Assembly: GCF_009914755.1 (NCBI RefSeq)
Contig: NC_060925.1
Origin: the human T2T-CHM13v2.0 reference genome, Homo sapiens
Direction: 5' to 3' (one strand)
DNA length: 64,000 nucleotides
The position numbers and the translations under genes were made by a program. How positions within the stretch are numbered: the first letter of the stretch is position 1; the number at the start of each line of letters is the position of its first letter. The notes below the pieces were generated by a model that saw only the letters and a list, made by a program, of their open reading frames with translations, did no database searches and was not told the origin of the DNA. This document shows positions 17,444-34,325 of this stretch, piece after piece.

Positions 17444-17984
17444 TGTTGGAGGCCAAAAGATTGAGGGTCGTGATTAACTTAGTATACCACTGGAGGCTAT
17501 ATGAGTAAACAGCAAACTGTTCTCATAAATGCGGAATGTTGGCAAACTGACAAACTGTGTATGCCACCCAGAAGGAGTGCTGAGGGCAGTCACACCCCAA
17601 GTGCAACGTTTCTTGTGATTAGGTACATCTGAAGCCTCTTGGTAATAATATGAACCTGTGATCAATTAAGCAGCCGACCAATTGTTACTGCCGCCTCCTT
17701 GCTCTTGTTACCCAATAAATACAAAGGGCTGTAGAAGCTCCGGGAGGAGGGGGCTGCCCTTGCTCACTAGAAGCAGGGAGCTCTCTTCTTCTTCCCCTGG
17801 CCCTTTCTTTAAAACAGATTTCTTTTGTCTTAAGTTTTCATTTCTGCGTTTGTCCCTTTGTTCAGTCTTGTAATGACAGTCTCAAGTAGTGACAGTAGTA
17901 ACTGTCATAATGACGGTCTCAGGTAGTAACAGTAGAAACTGTCACAGTGATGGTCTCAAGTAGTAACTGTGGCAGTCTGCCACA
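17444..17984 (+). mobile_element. ERV1 solo LTR (LTR10C-like)
   Basis: TG...CA termini, TSD TTTGAC at 17438-17443 and 17985-17990, internal AATAAA. Family name from recall. Confidence 0.8.
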
Positions 17985-18337
17985 TTTGACCATCATTATT
18001 TTTCTTTATGAATAACAGTAGGGTGCCCATGTGTATATGTAAGGACTGATATCTCTTTCAAAAGCGAGAGTCAATAATTTGTTTTGAGTAGTGAATCTGT
18101 TTGGTGAGTCAACGGTCCATAGACTACAGATGGATTGCAAAGCATAATGCAGTTCAAGGACTAAGAAAAATGAACTTACCTACATTCATGGCATTTTGCA
18201 TGTAATTTCAAGAAGGAACTTCAGAATTACAAAACCTGTTGAGTTTTCATAGCAGTCAATAGATCCTGGGGTTCAAAATTCCTCATTTAGACCAGGAAGT
18301 GGGTAGACCTAGAACCATATTTAAAGAGAATGGTCTG

Positions 18338-18688
<351 letters not shown>

Positions 18689-19564
18689 TCAGTGCATGGA
18701 AGCCATTTTTTGAACATCCTAGAGTCCATAGGTGGGTATGAATTTGTTGAGCCAATTTGGACAGTCTAGGAGTGTCATTAAATGATAGTGGGAATTATTG
18801 AGAAAGAACAGGTGTTGGAAAGAAGATAATGAATGCATTTTGGAAATTTAAAGTGCTGTGGGACTCCAGGAGGAAGTGCCCAGTCAATAATGGAAAATAT
18901 AGGATTGGTACTCAGGAGAAAGGCTGAAGATATCAGTTTAAGAGTCATTGGCATGAAAGTGAGTGTTGAAGCCATTGACTGTGTATGAAATGTACCAGGG
19001 AGAGTACTTACAAAAAGAAGAAGTTGAGGATGGGGTCTTCATATATTTAAAAGGTAGAAAAAGTTGTCAAGGAAGATCTGTGATGGGTTTCCAGATACCT
19101 CAATCTCCAGAGTCGGCTGCAGGCACTGAAATCCCCAAGGCTTAGGCATTCATTTTTTAGCAAATACACCCCTTAAATGGGTTAGGAATCTGAGTATACC
19201 TGTTACAAATTTCTCTGTAATGAGGGTGCTGCTTTTTGTGGTTTTTATCATCTCTGATGATAAACCTCAAGTTCCTCCTCCCTTGGGAGCTGGTATATTA
19301 CTTTATCTCATGATATAGAAAATCCTAAATAAATATTCCAACTTGATGTAGGTGTATTTATAGAAGGAAAAGAAAAAAGGACACTTTCTATAGTTTCTCT
19401 GAGAGACACTTGCCTTGTTTTGAATAACCAAATTAACAAAAAGGATACAGATATTCAGGGTCAAAATTGGTTGTCTTTGGAATTAGTCTCATTGCTTATT
19501 TTAAATATCTTGATATGTGACTTTTATTTACTTGAAGGTAGGCCCTGAAAAATAATAGTAGATA

Positions 19565-19800
19565 TAATAGTAGTAAACCCTTATATGGAGTTCACTGCTC
19601 TAAATATCTTATGTATATTAATTCAGTTATCTTTACCATAACATTAGAAGATAGATACTATTATGAACTTCATTTTACAACCTTGAAAAATGAGACACAG
19701 AAAGTTTAAATAAGGTGCCCAAGTTCACTCAGCTAAGTGTCAGAAGTGAGATATAAATCCAGCTTATAAGACTCTAGAGTCTATGCCATCAATGCTGTGC
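19565..19800 (-). mobile_element. MIR
   Basis: MIR-like core with GCCCAAGTTCACTCAGCTAAG. Confidence 0.65.
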
Positions 19801-20434
19801 TATGTATCCTCTATCCTGACTTGTCACCTCTAGATTGAGTTCATTATAAACTGACAAATATGCAAATAAAATCTAGGCTATTAATTTGAAAACATGCATT
19901 TTTCACATGCCTGAACTTAACCAGGATGTTCCAAATCGTGTTGTGTATGGATACATATTAGGCAGTATTATAATAATAACATATTGAAAACTTACTAGAT
20001 GCCAGAATTTGTTGAAATTGGTTTACATATATTAGCTATTTAATCCTTACAACACTGAGGTCATACCGTTATTCTCATTTTGTAGATGAGAAATTCAAGG
20101 CGTAGAGGGGTTAAGTGGCTATAATAATGTTATGAATTATTAGATAATATGCCATATTATATACTTATGAAATGATATGTTTTAAAAATACTTTGAAATA
20201 TTTAAAGCACATGAAAAATAATGCACGCTACTTATTCTTTATTCCAAGCATTCAAGACACATGATTAATAGGCAAACGTAGCTTTTATTAAAAATTCCAA
20301 ATCTCAGAGTCTCCAGGATCTTTTGAAGTATTTATTATTCAATAGAAACTTGATACTGAAGTTAAAATGCAACAATTCCTAAAGCTAAATTTAAATGGTA
20401 GAAATATAATAAGCCTAGAAGGTCCAAAGAAATA

Positions 20435-23113
<2,679 letters not shown>

Positions 23114-24534
23114 TCAATAATTTGCTTTGACAACATATGAAATATCTGTTGAGTAACCTTAGAAGTTTAAACTTTCTCCCCATATTAAATGTCAGGATGT
23201 TCAGGTTTCAACTCGGAACTTACTTTCTTTACTTGTAAATCCACAAGTTTTCCCAGAGAATGTGTGATTAGCATTTGGAGAAGCTGGTAAGTTGGTAGTG
23301 AATTGTAATAATCTCATTCTCGTGTTTAATTGAGGCAAGTATGTGTTGTCATAGAGGCTTGGTTTTTAAAATTTGTCTTTGTTGTTGTTAGTATATTTGT
23401 TTTTGCTTTTCAATTCCTTGTTTTATTAATTGAACAAGCATTTTATAGCTTTTAGGGAGTAATGAGCTCCTCATGACTGAACTGGACTGCTACATCCAGT
23501 GAGATCACTCTTAACAGCTCCTACCAATCATGAGTTTTTATTGTCATGCTCAGACACTTATGTAATATAAATATGATATTATTTATAATACCGTAAGAGT
23601 CCAAACATTTCTTCTCAGTGGATTAAATCAGTTAGTTCTGATGAGCAGTAGACAGTCCCTGAGACTAGGGTGTTCCTGACACTGGTTCAAATCATCCTCT
23701 GGTCTGTTATTTTCAGGGTTGAGAATTCTCTGATTAAATCCTTACATTTGCAAGGAACACAGGAATTTTTTTGTGTTGGTCATCCCACACACCCAGTGAA
23801 CAGATTAGCTCTCCATCTCAGCTCACCTGAAGCTCTCTTTTATGCTGTAAGAGGGCAGAGATAGCAAAAATATGCTACTCTCCATAATTTAAGTTTCAAA
23901 TCAGACTCTCTGTGAATGGCTGATTGTTGAAGCTCGTTAGTATAACTTCGGTCAGGCCACCTAAATTGTCATCGTTTCTTGACTCTTTTCCTAATTTATG
24001 CAAACTTGCACCTTACTGCATTTTCTCTTTGTCTTAACCACTGTGTTTCTGACTATTGGGTATTGAGAGTGAGTACTCTTCAGTGGACCAAAGTCAGCGC
24101 ACCCCATAAGCTATGGTCTCCAACTTTAATCATCTACAGAGTCCTTCCCCTCTCTAGAGAATTGTGCATACCCAACAACCTTAGACATCCACAAAAACAA
24201 CTAAGGCTAGGAGCAGACAACTTCAATCCTATTAGAAACATTCATGTATTCATTAATTCCACAGCACGTACTGAGCACTTGTTTTATCTCCGGTCCATTT
24301 TAGACACTGGAGTAACAAATGAAAAGACACAATTCCCAGCCTTAAGAAGCTCACAGCCGTAATGCTGGTTATGCTGCTCTGGGGTTCTATGATCCAAATT
24401 TCTGTTTCTTGCTTTTTTTGAACTCCGCTCCTTACCTGTTTCCCTCAAGGCCAGTCTGAGTACCCTCCATGTTCTTCCCATGGTTATACATGCTAGCAGA
24501 CCTCACTATCTCAGTCTCTCTCTCTTGCTCTCTC

Positions 24535-24788
24535 TTTTGAGGCAAAGTCTGGCCCTATGATCCAGACTGGAGTGCAGTGGCACAATCTCACTGCAACCTC
24601 TGCCTCCCAGGCTCAAGTCATCCTCCCATCTCAGCTTCTCAAATAGCTGAGACTACAGGCATGCACCACCATGCCTGGCTAAGGGTATTTTTTGTAGACA
24701 TGGGGTTTTGCCATGTTGCCGAGGCTGGTCTTGAACTTGTGAGCTAAAGCGATTCACCTGCCTTGGCCTCCCAAAGCTGGGATTACAC
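24535..24788 (-). mobile_element. AluJ
   Basis: Diverged Alu with J-type GGCTCAAGTCATCCTCCCATCTCAGC. Confidence 0.85.
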
Positions 24789-25744
24789 AAACCTCTCTGA
24801 TGTATTTATTGCCTGGATTTCAGTATACCAACCATAGCCCATGTACTTACTTAGACTTCACACATGGACTTTTTCCTCCATTTGGGCTGGTGTCCTTGGA
24901 CACAGACCTTCTTGGACTCCATATCACACCTTCCCTTTCTTTTGACTTACCAACCTACACTGACCTGTGCTTTGGCACCAAAGGTATGGTTCTAACAATA
25001 CACCACTTTCTTAGTACCAACCCATGCTCTGATTGAAAATGCTTTCCTAAGTGCTGTGCCTTCTGGCATCCCCCCAGCTTCCTGCAGTTCATGGGTCCCC
25101 TGATGTTCTGCTTGCCATTTCCCAAGACCTGGTACTAACAGCAATTGCCTCTGGAATACAAGAGAAGAAAAAGAAAACAAGCAGCTCTTCAGGGCAAAGT
25201 TATGCCTCCAGGTCAGAGGGAAGGCAGTAGGCTTGAATAATCTTGCAATATTTTGCTGCAACAAAACTAGGACAAAAACATCTGACAGTGTCAGATTTAT
25301 ATATCAAAAATGCAGACATCATTAGTAATTTATGTTATTTCTACTCACTAAGGAGCAATATTGCTTATTAGGAGACCTTAGAAATGTCATAATACAGACA
25401 TGTAAATTTTATGAAATCTGGGCATAGCCAACAGGCATACAAAATAGGAATGTTGTAGCGAGATTCAACTTTTGTAGCCCAGCTGCCTATTTTTTAAAAA
25501 GTGCCCGCACCCGAATGAATGGTCCATTTTACTAATACACGTTTACCAATAGATTTTGTGAAGAACAACCCTCCTTGCCTACTTCCCAAAACAAAAGCAC
25601 CAAGGCAGTTGTTTGACATATTTCTATTCATCACAATTAATGTCAAGGTGAAATCTTATGTTATTCAAAAGGTCATGTGTTATAGGCAGTTCCCAGTTCA
25701 CAAATGATTTTTGTTTACAAAATACCATTTGTAGGATTTATAAG

Positions 25745-26280
25745 TAATATACACAAAATTAACTCAGAATGGATAATAGACCTAAATGTATGAGCTACAA
25801 CTATGCAATTCTTAGGAAAAAAAAAAAAAGAAAACTAGCCTAGCAGTTCTTCAGGGCAAAGTTGTGCCTCCAGGTCAGAGGGAAGGCTCCTGGGTATCTG
25901 AAAGTGACTGAGTGGCTGCTCTGCCAAGACTCCACTTAGCTCTGTGTGTCAGACAGAGATTTATTGGAAATAAAACTTTATGACCTTGGGTTTGGCATTG
26001 GTTTTTTAGGTGTAACACAAAAAACACATACAACAAGAGAACAAATGAATACATTAGGCTTCATAAAATTAAAATATTTTGTGCTTTAAAGGACAACACC
26101 AAGGAATTGAAAAAGCAGTCAACAGAATGGGAGATTATATTTACAAACGTATATATGGTAATGGACTTGTATCTAGACTATATAAACAATTGTTACAACT
26201 CAATAATAAAAGGTCAAATTTTTCTATTTAAAAATGAGCAAAGTTCTAAGTAGACATGTCACCAAAGAAGACACACACAT
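25745..26280 (+). mobile_element. Old L1M (L1MB-like) ORF2 3' part, host of the full-length L1PA
   Basis: AAAATTAACTCAGAATGGAT..GACCTAAATGT. Continues colinearly at ~33537. Confidence 0.8.
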
Positions 26281-26281
26281 T

Positions 26282-29200
26282 GGGGAGGTGGCCAAGATGG
26301 CCAACTAGAAGCAGCTAGTGTGCATGGCTTTCATGGAGAGGAATGGAAGGGGAAAGTAAATACAGCACCTTCAACTGAAACATCTAAGTACTAGCACTGG
26401 GACTAATCAAGGAAACAACTTGACTCATGGAGAATGGAGAAGGCAAGAGGGTGGCCCACCCAAGAGGGACGTAGAGCCAAGAGAACCTTCCCTACCCAGG
26501 GAAGTAATGAGTGAATGTGTGACCCTGGGAACCCACACTTCTCCCATGGATCTTTGCAGCCCTTAGGTCAGGAGATCCCCTTATGAACCCACTCCACCAG
26601 GCCCTTCAGTCTGACACATAGAGTTACATGGAGTCTTGTCAGAGCAGCCAGTCAGCACTTCCAGAGACCTGGAAGCCCTAGATTCTCAGGCTATCTGGGC
26701 TTCCTAGGAAAAGTAGCTGAAACTCAGGCAAAGCGGGAGGATAGACCCCATATATACCCCTAGGAAAGAGACTGAATCCAGGGGGCTGATGAGCTACAGT
26801 CTGCAGGCCCCGCATCCACGGCCATCTCACAGGATAAGACCCACTGGCTTGGAATTCCAGCCAGCCACCGATAGTAGCTTTGCACCTTCCTGGGACGGAG
26901 CTCCCCAGGGAAGGGGTAGGCCACCATTTTTGCTGTTTGAGTAACTTAGCCTTTCCAGCCTTTGGGCTTTGGAGAGTCCAAGCTGACCCGAGTCTGAAGT
27001 GGACCTCTAACACAACACAGCTTCCCTACAAAAACATGGCAAGACTACATTTTCCAGCAGGTCTCCAATCCCATTCCCCGTCACTTGGTGAGGCCTCCCA
27101 ACCAGGGTCTCCAGCTACCCTCACCAGTGTTTCCTGGCTGACAGAGATTCAAACCTCACTGGGATGGAGTTTCCAGAGGAAGGGTGGACCACTGTCTTTG
27201 CTGTTTGGGTGGTTTTGGAGTGTCTGAGGTGACTGGGAGCTGAAGCAGAGCCCCAGCACAGCACAGATGCTCTATGAAAACATGGCCAGTGTGCTTTTTA
27301 AAGTAGGTTCCTGATCCTCTTCCTCCTCAGTAGGTGGGACCTCCTAACCAGGGTCTCCAGCCACCTCCTACAGGCACTTTTGGGCTGGCAACAGGCCCAT
27401 ACCTTCCTGGGATGGAGCTTCCAGAGGGAGGGGCAGGCTACTGTCTTTGCTGTATTGCAGCCTTTACTGATGATATCTCCACGTACTGGAAAATTCAAGG
27501 CAACTAGGAACTGCAGAGGGACCCCAGCATACCACAGCAGCCCTATGGAAAACTGGCCAGAACAAATGGGTGCCTATTCCCACATCTCCTCACTGGGCAG
27601 GTTCTCCAGGGCTTCCAGCCACCCACTGCCAGAGCTATTGAGCCAGTAGCAACTCAGCAACTCCCTGGACAGAGCCTCCAGGGGCAACTGAAAGCTTCCC
27701 TGCCACTGCCTCTGCAGTAGAACTGCCCTTGCTGCCCTCAGACTAATGAAGGAACGAAGGAACAAAGGCTTTAAGTGCTTTATCCATACCTCCAACAGGC
27801 TGCAGTCAGTTTAAGAAGAGGAGGTCAGTTCATCTTCCATCTTTCGGGTGGAGCCCTCAGGAGACAAGCACAAGACCCTTGGTCAAAACCACTACTAAGG
27901 TCCCTTCCTCTGCTGCCTCTGAGATGGGGAAGAATCATAAATGCTGAGATCATCCCAGAGCTACAGTGGGCAGTCCAGGAGTGACAAGCCGTGATCTACA
28001 GTCAGCACTTAAGGGGGAGAGGAAGCCACGTTCCCAGAGGATTGAGAGGAAATATAGCTGCCACTGTGGGGAACCATAGGGGAGCTACACAACTGAGTGA
28101 GTCCACCAACTGACCCGTAAGCCTAAATGCCACCTACTGGATCACACCACAAAGCTTCAACTTAAAAAAATGCCTCACTAACATACCCCCCTGTGAAACC
28201 AGAGACAAGAAATCAGCTTCAGATAGAGACCCTGCACAAGGCCTCAGCCAGGTGAAAACATCCAGAAGTCTATTGACTGTAATCAATCTATACTACAGTT
28301 AAAGGAACACCCATATGCAGAAATGAGAAAGAACCAATGCAAGAACTCTGGTAACTCAAATGACCAGAGTTTTGTATGGCCTCAAAATGACTGTACCAGT
28401 TCTCCAATAAGAACTGGCTGGGATAACAAATAAAATTTAGAATATGGATAGGAATGAAGATCATTGAGATTCAGGAGAACAGCGAAACCCAATCCAAGGA
28501 AAATAAGAATCACAATAAAGCAATATAGGAGCTGAAGGACGAAGTAGGTGGTATAAAAAAGAACCTAACAGGTCTGACAGAGCTGATCAACACAATGCAA
28601 TAATTTCACAATGCAGTCACAAGTATTAACAGCAGAATAAACCAAACTGAAGAAAGAATCTCAGAATTTGAAGACTAGTTCTCTGAAGTAAGACAGACAA
28701 AAATAAAGAAAAAGGAATAAAAATGAAAGAACAAACCCTCTAAGAAGTATGGGATTACGTAAAGAGGCCAGATCTACACAAATCATTGGCATCCCTGAAA
28801 AGGAGAGGGAGAAAGCAAATAACTTGGAAAACATTTCAGGATATCATTCACGAAAACTTCCCCAACCTTGCTAGAGAGGCCAATAGTCAGATTCAGGAAA
28901 TACAGAGAATTTCTGCAAGACTCTATACAACTTCCCCAACCTTGCTAGAGAGGCCAATAGTCAGATTCAGGAAATACAGAGAATTTCTGCAAGACTCTAT
29001 ACAAGAGTATCTCGAAGACACGTAATTGTCAGATTTTCCAAGATTAAAATGCCAGAAAGAATGTTAAAGGCAGCTAGAGAGAAAGGGCAAGTTACCAACA
29101 AAGAGAACACTATCAGGCTAACAGTAGATCTTTCAGCTAAAGCCCTGTAAGCCAGACAAGATTGGGGAGCCTATATTCAACATTTTTAAAGAAAAAAATC

Positions 29201-32200
29201 TTCAACCAAAAATTTCATGTCTAGCCAAACTAAGCTTCCTAAGCAAAGGAGAAATATCCTTTTCAGATAAGCATATGTTGAAAAAGTTCATTACCACCAG
29301 ACCTGCATTACAAGAGATTTTGAAAGGAGCATTTAACATAGGAAGGAAAGATTGCTACCAACTAATACAAAAACAGTCTTAAACACATAGACCAATGTCA
29401 CTGTAAAGCAACCACACAAACAAGTCAACACAATAACCAGCTAACAACACAATGACAGGATCAGATTCACATCTGTCAGTAATAACCTTCAATGTAAATG
29501 AGCTAACCGCCCCCACTTAAAAGGCACAGAGTGGCAACCTGGATAAAAAAGCAAAACCCAATGGTATGCTGTCTTCAAGAGACACATTTCACACGAAATG
29601 ACACCCATAGGCTCAAAATTGAAGGATGGAGGAAATCATTTGCTTAGTAAGGTTGTAATTTGATTACTAAGGTTGTAATTTGATTAAAGGTTGTAATCCT
29701 AATTTCAGGCAAAACAGACTTCAAATCAACAAAGATGAAAAAAAGACAAGGACATTACATAATGGTAAAGGGTTCAATTCAACGAGAAGATCTAACTATT
29801 CTAAATACATATGCACCCAACACAGGAGCACCTGGATTCATAAAGGAAGTTCTTAGAGACCTACGAAGAGACATAGACTTCAACACAGTATCAGTGGGAG
29901 ACTTCAACACTCCACTGACAGTATTAGACAGATCATTGAGTGTATTGACTGTAATAGGCAGAAAATTAACAAACACATTCAAGACCTGAACTCAACATTG
30001 GACCAGATGGATCTGACCTCTATACAACTCTCCACCCCAAAACAAGAGAATATACATTCTTCTCATTGCCACATGGCACATACTCTAAAATTGACCACTT
30101 ACTTGGACATAGAACAATCCTCAGCAAATGCAAAAGAACTGAAATCATACCAAACACACTCTTGGACCACTGTGCAATAAAAATAGAAGTCAAGACTAAG
30201 AAAATTACTCAAAACCATGCAATTACATGGAAATTAAGCAGCATGCTCCCGAATGACTTTTGGGTAAATAACACAATTAAGGCAGAAATCAAGAAGTTAT
30301 TTGAAACTAATGAGAATGAAGACACAATATACCAGAATCTCTGGGACACAGCTAGGGCAGTATTAAGAGAGAAATTCATTGCACTAAATGCCTACATCAA
30401 AACTTAGAAATATCTCAAATTAACAACTTAACATTAAAACAGAAAGATTTAGAGAATCAAAACCAAATCAACCCCAAAGCTAGCAGAAGACAAGAAAAAA
30501 CCAAAGTCAAAACTGAACTGAAGGAAATTGAGACATGAAAAGCCATTCAGAAGATCAGTGAATCCAGGAGTTGTTTTTTTTTTTCAAAAAACAATAAAAA
30601 ACTATGAAAAACAAATGAAATGAAAAAAACTAATAAAATGAAACTAATAGAAAACAGTGAAAAAACTAATAGAAGATTCAAACAAACACAATTAGAAATA
30701 ATGAAGTGAATGTTACTACTGATCCCTCAGAAATAGAAATAACCATTAGAAACTACTATGAACACCTCTATGCACACAAACTAGAAAATATAGAAAAGAT
30801 GCGTCAATTCCTGGACATATGCACCCTCCCAAGAGTGAACCTGGAAAGAATTCATTTTCTAAATAGACCAATAACACTCACTGAAATTGAATCAGTAATA
30901 AATAGCCTGCCAACCAAAAAAAGCCCAGAACCAGATGGATTCACAGCCAAATTCTACCAGATGTACAAAGAAGAGCTGGTAGCATTCTTACAGAAAAATT
31001 GAGGACGGGGGACTCCTCCTCAATCCATTCTATGAGGCCAGAATCATCCTGATACCAAAACCTGGCAGAGACACAACAAAAAATGAAACCTCAGGCCATT
31101 ATCCTCAATGAACATTGATGCCAAAATCCTCAACAAAACACTTGCAAACTGAATCCAGCAGCACATCAAAAATAAATCCATCACAATCAAGTAGGCTTCA
31201 TCTCTGGGATGCAAGGTTTGTTCAGCATACACAAATCAATAAATGTGATTCATCACATAAACAGAAATAAAGACAAAAACTGTGATTATATCAATAGACA
31301 CATAAAAGGCTTTCAATAAAATTCAACACCCTTTTATGTTTAAAGCTCTCAAGAAACTAGGTATTGAAGGAACTTAACTCAAAATAATAAAAACCATCTA
31401 TGGCAAACCCACAGCCAGCATCATACTGAATGGGCAAAAGCTGGAAGCATTTCCCTTGAAAACCAGTACAAGACAAGGATGTTCCTCTCTCACCATTTCT
31501 ATTCAACATAGGAAATCCTAGCCAGAACAATCAGGCAAGAGAAAGAAATAAAGGGCATCCAAGTTGGAAGAGAGGAAGTCAAGCTATTGCTATCTGCAGA
31601 CAACATGATTATATATCTAAAAAACCCAGTCTCTGCCCAGAAGCTCCTTCAGCTGATAAACAACTTCAGCAAAGTTTCAGAATACAAAATCAATGTACAT
31701 AAATTACTAGCATTCCTGTACATCAAAAACAGCCATGCTGACAGCCAAATCAGAAAGGCAATCTCATTCACAATTGCAACAAAAAGAATAAAATAGGAAT
31801 ACAGCTAACCAGGGAGGTGAAAGATCTCTATAATGAGATTTACAAAACACGGTTCAAAGAAATCAGAGAAGACACAAACAAATGGAAAAACATTTTATGC
31901 TCATGGATATTAAGAAAAAATATCAGTAAAATGGCCATACTGCCCAAAGCAATTTACAGATTCAATGTTATTCCTATCAAACTACCAAAAACATTCTTCA
32001 CAAAACTAGAAAAAACAATTTAAAAATTTATATGGAACCAAAAAAGAGCCCAAATAGCCAAGGAAATCCTAAGCAAAAAGAACAAAACTGGAGGCATCAC
32101 ATTACCTGAATTCAAACTATACTACAGGGCTACAGTAATCAAAACAGCATGATAATAGCACGAAAATAGACACATAGACCAATGGAACAGAATAGAGAGC

Positions 32201-33538
32201 CCAGAAATAAGGTTGCACACCTATGACCACCTGATCTTTGACAAAGCTAACAAAAACAAATAATGCAGAAAAAACTTATCTCTAGTCAATAATTGGTGCT
32301 GGGATAACTGGCTAGCCATTTGCAGAAGACAAGCTGGATCCCTTTCTTACACTGTATACAAAAATCAACTCAAGATGGATTAAAGACTTAAATGTAAAAC
32401 CCCAAACCATAAAAACCCTGGAAGACAACCTAGGCAATAATATCCTGGACATAGGAATGGGCAAATATTTCATGACAAAGATACCAAGAGCAATCTCAAC
32501 AAAAGCAAAAATTGACAAATAGGATCTAATTAAATTTAAGAGCTTCTGCATAGAAAAAGAAACTATCAACAGAGTAAACAGACATCTTACACAATGGGAG
32601 AAAATTTTGCAAAGTATGCATCTGACAAAGGTCTGATATCCAGCATGTATGAGAAACTTAAACATCTCTACGAGAGAAAAACAAACAACCCCATTGAAAA
32701 GTGGGCAAAGGACATGAGCAGATACTTTTCAAAAGAAGACATAGTTTGTGGCCAACAAGCATATGAAAAAAAGCTCAGTATCACTCATCATTAGAGAAAT
32801 TCAAAACCACAATGAGACACTATCTCACACTAGTCAGAATGACTATTATTAAAAAGTCAAAAAATAATAGATGCTGGCGAGGTTACAGAGAAAAGGAAAT
32901 ACTTATACACTGTTGGTAGGACTGTAAATTAGCTCAACCATTGTGGAAAGCAGTGGTTTTCTCAAAGAGCTAAAAGCAGAACTACTATTTGACCCTGCAG
33001 TCCCATTACTGAGTATATACTCAGAGGAATAGAAATCATTCTACCATTACTATAAAGACACATGCACATGAATGTTTACTGTGGCATTAGTCACAATAGC
33101 AAAGACGTGGACTCAACCTAAATGCCCATCAATGACAGACTGTATAAAGAAAATGTGGTACATATACACCATGGAATACTATGTAGCCATACAAAAGAAT
33201 GAGATCATGTCTTTTGGGGGAACATGGATGGAGCTGGAGGCCATTATCCTCAGCAAACTAATGCGGAAACAGGAAAAACAAATACTGCAAGTTCTTACTT
33301 TTAATAATTGGGAGCTAAATGATGAGAACTTATGAACACAAAGAAGGAAACAACAGACTCTGGGGTCTACTTGAGGGTGAAGGGTGGGAGGAGAGAGAGG
33401 AGCAGAAAAGATAATGATTGTGTACTAGGCTTAATTCCTGGGCAATAAAATAATCTAAACAGCAAACCCCCATGACATGAGTTTACCTATCTAATGAACC
33501 TTCACATGAACCCCCAAACCTAAAATAAAAGTTAAAAA
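26282..33538 (+). mobile_element. Full-length old primate L1 (L1PA13/14-like), ORF1 and ORF2 disrupted
   Basis: 5'UTR start GGGGAGGTGGCCAAGATGGC; ORF1 (IIHENFPNLARE); ORF2 endonuclease (YAPNTGAP, GDFNTPL) and RT (ADNMI); 3'UTR with tail. Diverged TSD AAAGAAGA(C/T)ACA. Confidence 0.93.
28855..29004. repeat. Perfect 2 x 74 bp tandem duplication in L1 ORF1
   Basis: 28855-28928 is identical to 28929-29002, with AA microhomology. Confidence 0.95.
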
Positions 33539-34325
33539 GAAGATACATAAATGGCGAATAAGCACATGAAAACATGCCCAACATCCTTAGTCATCAGAGA
33601 AATGCAAAACAAAACCACAATGAAATATCCCTTCATACATAGTAGGATAGCTATGATATAAAAGAGAGCTAATTAACATTGGTAAGGATGGGAAGGAATT
33701 GGAATCCTCATGCATTGTTGTTGGGGGTGCAAAATGGTATAGCTGCTTTGGAAAATGGCCTGGCAGTTCTTCAAAAGGAAATGACCCAGAAATTCCACCC
33801 CCAGGTATGTTCCTAAGAGAAATGAAAACATGTTCAAACAAAAACTGGTACATGCATGTTAATAGCAGCATCATTCATACTTCAAAGTGCAAGCAGTCCA
33901 AATGTCCAACAGCTGCTGAATGGATAAATAAAATGAGGTGTACACATACAATGGAATATTATTGGGCAATAAAAAGGAATTAAGTACTGATACATACTAC
34001 AGTGTGGATGAACCTTGAAAACATTATGCTAAGTGAAATAAGCCAGACACAAAAGGACACATTATATGATTCAATTTACATGAATTGTCCAGAATATGAA
34101 ATTTACAGACACAGAACGTGGATTAGTGGTTGCTTGGAGCTGGAAATAGAAATGGGGACTGATTGCAAGTGGAAATTAGAAATCTTTTTGAACTGATGAA
34201 AATGTTGGTAATGTTGGGTTTGGTGATATTTGCACAGCTCTATAAATTTATTAAAAAGCATTGAATTATACAATTTAAAAGGGTGAATTTTATTGTGTGA
34301 GTTATGTCTCAATAAAACTTTAAAA
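33539..34325 (+). mobile_element. L1M (L1MB-like) 3' end, continuation of 25745-26280
   Basis: ORF2 C-terminus remnant (WINKMRCTHTMEYYWAIKRN) and 3'UTR ending TATGTCTCAATAAAACT. Confidence 0.85.

Noticed and set aside
17871-17982. Three ~37 bp repeats resembling a CRISPR-like array
   Set aside because: Head-to-tail degenerate tandem units with no spacers, inside an LTR of a mammalian genome.
26840-27700. Internally repeated blocks in the L1 5'UTR
   Set aside because: Repeated segments are a normal feature of older L1PA 5'UTRs.
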